Assembly (NCBI GenBank): GCA_004557505.1
Contig: SFGZ01000004.1
Span: 23,866 to 87,865, forward strand
Source: Coriobacteriaceae bacterium
GTDB taxonomy: Bacteria; Actinomycetota; Coriobacteriia; Coriobacteriales; Atopobiaceae
Length of the DNA: 64,000 nt
Reading direction: 5' to 3'
Shown here: positions 58,398 to 64,000 of the stretch, piece after piece
How positions within the stretch are numbered: the stretch's first letter is position 1
How the letters are laid out: every line of letters starts with the position of its first letter
Notes under the pieces: model-generated
Seen by the model: only the letters and a program-made list of their open reading frames with translations
What the model was told of the DNA's origin: nothing
The model's database searches: none
Position numbers and translations under genes: made by a program

Positions 58398-59831
58398 CTA
58401 GTAGCGCCCGAGGCGCTTCCGGATGGCGAAGTACTCGGAGAGCAGCAGCACCAAGAGGATGCTCATCACCACCACGGCGCCCACCACGGCACCGGAGAGA
58501 CCCGAGAACCCAACGAGCAGCCACAGCACCGGCACGGAGAAGGCAAAGGCGATGAGGTAGAGCCGGCTCACGGCCTGCTGCTCGCGCAGCACGGTGATGA
58601 TCTGGTACAGAAAGTCGATCGCCGCGCAGATGCCGCCGTTCACAACCATCACGTAGACCAGCGGCCTGAACTGCTCGAAGTCAAGGCCGTACAGGAAGCT
58701 CATGACGGGGATGCCCAGCCAGCCCATGAAGAGCCCCACGATCACGGCGATCACGGCGATGACGCCAATCATGGCCAGGATGATGAGGTCAAAGCGCTTG
58801 TGCTGCTCGGGATCGTCCCAGATGCTCGCGAGGCGCAAAAGCTGCGGCTTGTAGATCATCGCCGCGATCATGAGGATGGCGTGGGCGGGGAAGTACATGG
58901 CGTTGTAGTAGAGCTGGTTGTCGTAGGAGAGCGCGCCATCGATGGCGAACTTTGGCATCGAGTCGATGAGGTTGTAGAGAAACGCCGCCAGAAACAGCGG
59001 GAAGCAGCTGACGAAGATCTCCCTCACGCCGCGCCACGAGAGCGGGAGCGAGCGCTCGGTCTCCATGAGCGCCAGCGGCAGCGTGAGCAGCACGAAGGAC
59101 GCCGCGGCGCCCACGGCCATGCCGATGCTCGAGACCACCATGTTGCGCGTGATGAGCAGGAGCACCGCGAAGGCCACAAACGAGAGGGCGCAGCGCACCG
59201 CCTGCGAGATGCCGGCGAGGTACAGCTTGTCCTTCTGCTGCAGCCTGCCCTCGTAGACGTCGCCCAGCGCGTCGAAGAAGCGGAACCCCATCACGCCGCA
59301 CACGATGGCCGTCATGTCGCCGTCGTAGCCGCGGACGCGGCAGTAGAGGAGGCCGATGAGGACCATGGCAACGCAGGTCGCGATGCGGCTTATCTGGTAG
59401 TCGTAGAACGAGCCCATCTCGTCTATGTCCGAGACCTGGTAGGTGCGCACACCGTAGCTGCCCACAAAGAAGAGGAGCGTGCCCACGACCATGGCCATCG
59501 AGAAGAGGCCGGCGTTCTCGGTGCCAACGAGCTGCGTGGCCACGATGGTGAGCAGCGGGAAGAAGCCACCCCAGGCCGCCTGGCCGATGGAGTTGCATGC
59601 GTAGTCGCGCGTGGTCTGGTGGGCCAGATACTGCCCGGACTGCTCGGAGACGCTGCCCGAGAAGACCGAGGATATCAGGCGGTCCCACCAATGGTTGGTG
59701 ACGCGGCGGAGAAAGCCCTCCTTCCTGGGCCCTGGGGAGGTGCGTCCCTCGCGCCTGCCGGCGCGAGACCCCACGAACGAGCTCAGGCCTGCCCTGCGGG
59801 CTCTCTCGCGCCGCCTGCTCATCCATGCCAT
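58398..59831 (-). CDS. MOP-superfamily flippase (Wzx/polysaccharide biosynthesis protein-like)
   Basis: The start is trimmed to MAWMSRRRERARR. It has about 12-14 TM helices and a Wzx-like layout. The family call is by architecture only. Confidence 0.6.
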   Translation of the reverse strand: MAWMSRRRERARRAGLSSFVGSRAGRREGRTSPGPRKEGFLRRVTNHWWDRLISSVFSGSVSEQSGQYLAHQTTRDYACNSIGQAAWGGFFPLLTIVATQLVGTENAGLFSMAMVVGTLLFFVGSYGVRTYQVSDIDEMGSFYDYQISRIATCVAMVLIGLLYCRVRGYDGDMTAIVCGVMGFRFFDALGDVYEGRLQQKDKLYLAGISQAVRCALSFVAFAVLLLITRNMVVSSIGMAVGAAASFVLLTLPLALMETERSLPLSWRGVREIFVSCFPLFLAAFLYNLIDSMPKFAIDGALSYDNQLYYNAMYFPAHAILMIAAMIYKPQLLRLASIWDDPEQHKRFDLIILAMIGVIAVIAVIVGLFMGWLGIPVMSFLYGLDFEQFRPLVYVMVVNGGICAAIDFLYQIITVLREQQAVSRLYLIAFAFSVPVLWLLVGFSGLSGAVVGAVVVMSILLVLLLSEYFAIRKRLGRY

Positions 59832-60087
59832 GCGCCGACCATCCTTTCGCCGCCACGGGGCCACGTGCGTCTCGTCCGTCTCGTCTGTGCGTAGAGGCCA
59901 TTGTATCGCGCCGCGTGGACGTGGTTCCGCATCCGGGCGTATCGTGTACGTTGCGTTTCGCCTTTGCGGTCGCTCGGTGGGATTGGAGCCCATCGCGCGC
60001 TGGCTTGCTAAGGTTATTCCGCATGCCGCGACATGCAGCACACGTGCAAGCCCGCCGGCGGGACCGGCGGGAGCCGAGGGAGGACAC

Positions 60088-62874
60088 ATGACAACAACCG
60101 AGGTATCGAGCCCGGGGGAGGAACGCGGCCCCGTTGGGCAAGAGGGTCGCGAGCCCGTTGGGCCAAGCGAGGCGGAGAGGGCAAAGTCCGCCCTCGCGCT
60201 GGTCGACGTGCCCGAGGAGCTTCGCGATAACCTGGCGCTCTTCCTGCGCCTGGTTCGCAAGGTGCTCATGGAGAACGACCCAGACCTGCTCTCGACCTTC
60301 GACCTTCTGCTGGGCGACGCCATCCGCGTGACGTACGCGGGCGGCGTGGCATGCGCGGACGAGAAGGCCGCGCTGGCCGAGAGGTCGTTCCAGGAGTTCG
60401 TCTCCACCATCGACGGGCTCTCCATGGACGGGGCCACGCTGCTCATGCGCGCCTTCGTCACCTATTTCCACCTGGCAAACATCTGCGAGGAGAACTACCG
60501 CGTCTCCTCGCTTCGCCGGCGCGAGAGCGAGGTCCCCACGACGGAGTCGGCAGACCCCATCAACGACCTCACGGTTGCCTACGGCCGGCTGGTCGACGAG
60601 TGCGGTCGGGCCAAGGCCACGGCGCTCCTCAACCGCCTGGAGTTCCATCCCGTCTTCACCGCGCATCCCACCGAGGCGCGCCGCAAGGCCGTCGAGAGCA
60701 AGATCCGCCGCATCTCCGAGCTGCTCGCCAGGCGCGTCTCGCTCTCGGGCATCGAGCTGGTCGAGAACGAGCGCCTCATGCTGCAGGAGATCGACGCGCT
60801 GGTGCGCACCTCGCCCATCGCGTACAAGAAGCCGACGCCCGTCGAGGAGGCCGACACCGTCATCGACATCTTTGATGCCACGCTCTTCGACATGGTGCCG
60901 GAGGTCTACCGGCGCTTCGACGACTGGGAGCTCGGCGAGCGCGCCGGCACCGTGCCGCCCGTGTGCCCGGCCTTCTTCCACCCCGGTAGCTGGATTGGCT
61001 CCGACCGCGACGGGAACCCCAACGTCACCGCCAGGGTGAGCCGCAGGGTGGCCGAGAAGTTCCGCGTACACGTGCTTGAGGCCCTCACCGACAGGACCTC
61101 CTACGTGGGTCGCAATCTCACGCTTGACGCGCGCTTCACCAAGCCCTCCGACGCGCTTGTGAACCTGTGGAACCACCAGGTCGAGATGAGCGAGGTCCTC
61201 TCGCAGCGCGCCATCGAGGTCTCGGCGTCCGAGCTGCACCGCGCCGTCATGATCGTCATCTCCGACCGCCTGCGCGCAACCGTCCAGCGCACGGCAGACA
61301 TCATGTACGCCTCGGCTGACGACTACATTGCCGACCTGCGGACCGTCCAGCGCTCGCTTGCCGCCGCCGGTGCCGTGCGCACCGCGTACGGGCCGTTGCA
61401 GAAGCTCATCTGGCAGGCGGAGACCTTCGGGTTCCATCTGGTGGAGATGGAGTTCCGCCAGCACTCGCTCGTACACGCCCGCGCGCTCGAGGACATTCGC
61501 GAGCACGGGCGCTGGGGCGAGAGGGGAGAGCTCCAGCCCATGACGCGCGAGGTCCTCGACACCTTCCGCGCCATCGGCAGCATCCAGCGCATCAACGGCG
61601 TGAAGGCCGCACGGCGCTACATCATCTCGTTCACGCAGTCGGCGCAGAACGTGGCCGACGTGTACGAGCTGGCGCGGCTTGCCTTCGCGCACGAGGCCGA
61701 CGTGCCCACGCTTGACGTGATCCCGCTCTTCGAGCAGGTCGAGGACCTGGAGAACGCCGTGGACACGCTCGACCAGGTCATCGAGCTCGCGCCCGTCCAG
61801 AGGCGGCTCGCCCAGACGGGCAGGCGCATGGAGGTCATGCTCGGCTACTCGGACTCGTCCAAGGACGCGGGCCCCACCTCGGCCACGCTGGTGCTCCATG
61901 CGGCGCAGGCCGCCATCGCGCAGTGGGCCGAGAAAAACGACATCGACCTGGTGCTCATGCACGGCCGCGGCGGCGCGGTGGGGCGCGGCGGCGGCCCGGC
62001 GAACCGCGCCGTGCTCTCGCAGCCCAAGGGCTCGGTCAACTGCCGCTTCAAGCTCACCGAGCAGGGCGAGGTCATCTTCGCCCGCTACGGCGACCCCACG
62101 CTGGCCAGGCGTCACGTGGAGTCCGTCGCGGGCGCCACGCTCCTGCAGTCCTCGCCATCCATCGAGTATGTGAACACCGAGACCACGGCCAAGTACGCCG
62201 ACCTGACGGCCAGGCTCGATGCCGCCTCCCGCAGGCGCTACCGCGAGCTGCTTGAGACCGATGGCTTTGCGGAGTGGTTCTCCACGGTCACGCCGCTCAC
62301 CGAGATCGGCCTCATGCCCATCGGCAGCCGTCCCGCCAAGCGCGGTCTGGGCGCCAAGTCCCTGGATGACCTGCGCACCATTCCGTGGATCTTCTCGTGG
62401 TCGCAGGCGCGCATCAACCTGGCCGCATGGTACGGGCTGGGCACGGCCTGCGAGGAGCTGGGCGACCTCGACCTTCTCCGCCAGGCCTACGCGGAGTGGC
62501 CGCTCTTCACGACGTTCGTCGACAACATCGAGATGTCGCTCTCCAAGACCGACGAGCGCATTGGCCGCATGTACCTGGCACTGGGCTCGTGCGACGATCT
62601 GGCCGAGAGGGTCCTGGAGGAGATGCGCCTCACGCGCAAGTGGGTGCTGGCCATCGTGGGTGACGAGTGGCCGCTCGAGCACCGTCGCGTGCTGGGGCCG
62701 GTGATCCGCGCGAGGCTGCCCTTCGTGAACGTGCTCTCGGTGACGCAGGTGCGCGCGCTGCGCGAGATGCGCACCCGCGGCGAGCAGCTCACGCCGGAGG
62801 AGCGCGAGCGGTTCATCTACCTCATCCTGTGTACCGTGTCCGGCGTTGCCGCCGGGCTGCAGAACACCGGGTGA
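60088..62874 (+). CDS. ppc: Phosphoenolpyruvate carboxylase
   Basis: VFTAHPTEARR, GYSDSSKDAG and HGRGGAVGRGGGP, with C-terminal GLQNTG. ATG 60088 follows GAGGGAGGA. Confidence 0.92.
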   Translation: MTTTEVSSPGEERGPVGQEGREPVGPSEAERAKSALALVDVPEELRDNLALFLRLVRKVLMENDPDLLSTFDLLLGDAIRVTYAGGVACADEKAALAERSFQEFVSTIDGLSMDGATLLMRAFVTYFHLANICEENYRVSSLRRRESEVPTTESADPINDLTVAYGRLVDECGRAKATALLNRLEFHPVFTAHPTEARRKAVESKIRRISELLARRVSLSGIELVENERLMLQEIDALVRTSPIAYKKPTPVEEADTVIDIFDATLFDMVPEVYRRFDDWELGERAGTVPPVCPAFFHPGSWIGSDRDGNPNVTARVSRRVAEKFRVHVLEALTDRTSYVGRNLTLDARFTKPSDALVNLWNHQVEMSEVLSQRAIEVSASELHRAVMIVISDRLRATVQRTADIMYASADDYIADLRTVQRSLAAAGAVRTAYGPLQKLIWQAETFGFHLVEMEFRQHSLVHARALEDIREHGRWGERGELQPMTREVLDTFRAIGSIQRINGVKAARRYIISFTQSAQNVADVYELARLAFAHEADVPTLDVIPLFEQVEDLENAVDTLDQVIELAPVQRRLAQTGRRMEVMLGYSDSSKDAGPTSATLVLHAAQAAIAQWAEKNDIDLVLMHGRGGAVGRGGGPANRAVLSQPKGSVNCRFKLTEQGEVIFARYGDPTLARRHVESVAGATLLQSSPSIEYVNTETTAKYADLTARLDAASRRRYRELLETDGFAEWFSTVTPLTEIGLMPIGSRPAKRGLGAKSLDDLRTIPWIFSWSQARINLAAWYGLGTACEELGDLDLLRQAYAEWPLFTTFVDNIEMSLSKTDERIGRMYLALGSCDDLAERVLEEMRLTRKWVLAIVGDEWPLEHRRVLGPVIRARLPFVNVLSVTQVRALREMRTRGEQLTPEERERFIYLILCTVSGVAAGLQNTG

Positions 62875-62994
62875 CGGCTGGGGTCGTCCGGGCGCGATCG
62901 GACTGTGGGGACGCCCAGCGAGAGGTCGTGGCTCGGCGGGCGAGTGGCGACGGGGCCGCTGCATGGGGAAGAGGACCAGTCCCCGGCAAGACCT

Positions 62995-63518
62995 TCAGCG
63001 GATGGAGACGAAGGGGTCGCCGGCGGAAACGCTGCCGGTCGCGAGGGGTACTACGGACTTGTCCGATGCCTCGAGGTCCTCGGTGTTCGTCACGATGACC
63101 GTTACGGCGCCGGCGCGGCCGGCTTCGGCGACCTTGCGCTTATCGAAGCGCAGAAGCGGTTCGCCGGCCTTGACCTGCTGGCCCTTCTCGACCTGGGTCT
63201 CGAAGCCGTCGCCATTCATCTCGACGGTATCCACGCCCACGCGCTTTAATACCTCGGTCTCGTCGTTGGCGATGCCGAAAGCGTGCGGCATCGTGACCTG
63301 CACCGTGCCGGAGATGGGCGCATAGACAAGCCCCTCGTCGGGGGAGACGCCCAGCGTTTTGCCCATCGCGCCGCCCGCAAAGACGGGGTCGGGGAGCTCC
63401 GCCATCGGCACGGTCTGCCGCTCGCCGACGCGAAGATCATGCCCGGCTGGGCGTCGACCGCAATGGCATGGGGCTTGGCGGGCTCGGCTGCCTTCTTTAG
63501 GAAATCGAACACATCCAT
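62995..63518 (-). pseudogene. crr: PTS glucose-family EIIA component with an apparent 1-nt deletion
   Basis: The span is 524 nt, not a multiple of 3. ATG 63518 (AAAGGTGA upstream) gives MDVFDFLKKAAEPAKPHAIAVDAQPGMIFASASG. At about 63417 the sense continues in the frame of ORF 62995..63525 as QTVPMAELPDPVFAGGAMGK...HAFGI...GVDTVEMNGDGF. The break lies inside the conserved I.AP.SG..V...EVPDPVF block. Confidence 0.7.
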
Positions 63519-63540
63519 GGTTCACCTTTCTTTTGAGGTG

Positions 63541-64000
63541 TTAGTTTTTGAACTGACCGAGGATGGCCTCGCTTGTGGTCCCGACTGTATAGGCCGGGGC
63601 TTTGTCCTTGAGGAAGTAAAGCAGGATGTCATTCAGGGCGAATTCATAGATGTGGGATGAGCCGCCAAGACAGTCTATAGGGCCATTGACGGGATTGACC
63701 TTCAAGATAACGTCGGCAAGAAACGCTGCGCTTGAACTCTCATCAGCCGTTACGAGGATGACCTTGACGCCATTCGCCCGCGCGAGCTTGCAACACTCGA
63801 CCAAGTAGATGGACTCTCCGGAGCGGGAGAACGCGATGAGAACGCTGCCCTCAGGCGCGAGGACGATGCTTCGCATCATGTACTCAAGGTTGTGACTCGT
63901 GAAGGTATTGATGCCGTAACGCAGCAGACGGTGCGCGAGGTCATCGGCGATGGCGCCCGTGTTTCCCCATCCAAAGGCGTAGACGGTGCCCGCGCCAAGG
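63541..64000 (-). CDS. SIS-domain protein (MurR/RpiR-type regulator C-terminal part); 5' end outside window
   Basis: ORF 63541..63879 continues stop-free upstream to the window edge (..GAGTVYAFGWGNTGAIADDLAHRLLRYGI..). This is the SIS phosphosugar-binding pattern GxG..A.D....L...G and AFSRSGES. Confidence 0.7.
   Translation of the reverse strand, partial: LGAGTVYAFGWGNTGAIADDLAHRLLRYGINTFTSHNLEYMMRSIVLAPEGSVLIAFSRSGESIYLVECCKLARANGVKVILVTADESSSAAFLADVILKVNPVNGPIDCLGGSSHIYEFALNDILLYFLKDKAPAYTVGTTSEAILGQFKN

Noticed and set aside
58789-62964. 1391-aa minus-strand ORF, the longest in the window after the glycosidase
   Set aside because: It is exactly antisense to ppc and to the flippase upstream region. 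Its composition is Arg/Gly/Ala/Pro/His-rich with no motif. The plus-strand product has unmistakable PEP carboxylase motifs. This is a shadow ORF of high-GC DNA.

Overview
This is a 64-kb high-GC chromosome segment; spot counts of single 60-nt lines give roughly 65-77% G+C. It comes from a Gram-positive actinobacterium. The gene content (Tad/Flp pilus, flavodiiron protein, NADH oxidase, tannase, Kup, PTS, wall-anchored glycosidase) suggests an anaerobic, host-associated Coriobacteriia-like organism, which is inference only.

From left to right the window holds:
- A Tad/Flp pilus operon: a tadA fragment, tadB, tadC, flp, a second Flp-like gene, TadE-like pseudopilins, a ~700-aa TadG-like protein, DUF192, and a zinc-ribbon-FHA protein.
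- DUF2207 and fprA.
- A ~3.6-kb wall-anchored coiled-coil/CAP-domain surface-protein gene broken in three places.
- A low-GC Eco29kI-type restriction-modification island next to tRNA-Phe.
- Housekeeping genes: ogg, acyP, degV, tannase, cyclophilin, carD, ACT, citrate synthase, HAD, kup, S10 peptidase, rlmKL, pgm, two Tyr-phosphatases, U32, nox, pcrA.
- A second low-GC island (about 42.4-47.2 kb) carrying a six-gene operon of unknown function built around an ABC ATPase.
- A 1635-aa wall-anchored multidomain glycosidase.
- A 72-bp perfect direct repeat pair bracketing 577 bp of non-coding DNA.
- mscS, luxS-mtnN, degV/DUF1836, nhaA, a flippase, ppc, a frameshifted PTS EIIA gene and a partial SIS-domain regulator.

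A family of ~28-nt palindromes recurs through the window, and several copies overlap stop codons. No CRISPR array, rRNA, transposase or integrase was seen. Many long ORFs in the track are antisense shadow ORFs typical of high-GC DNA and were not called. The ORF track uses GTG/TTG as well as ATG starts, and several starts were trimmed on motif or RBS grounds.
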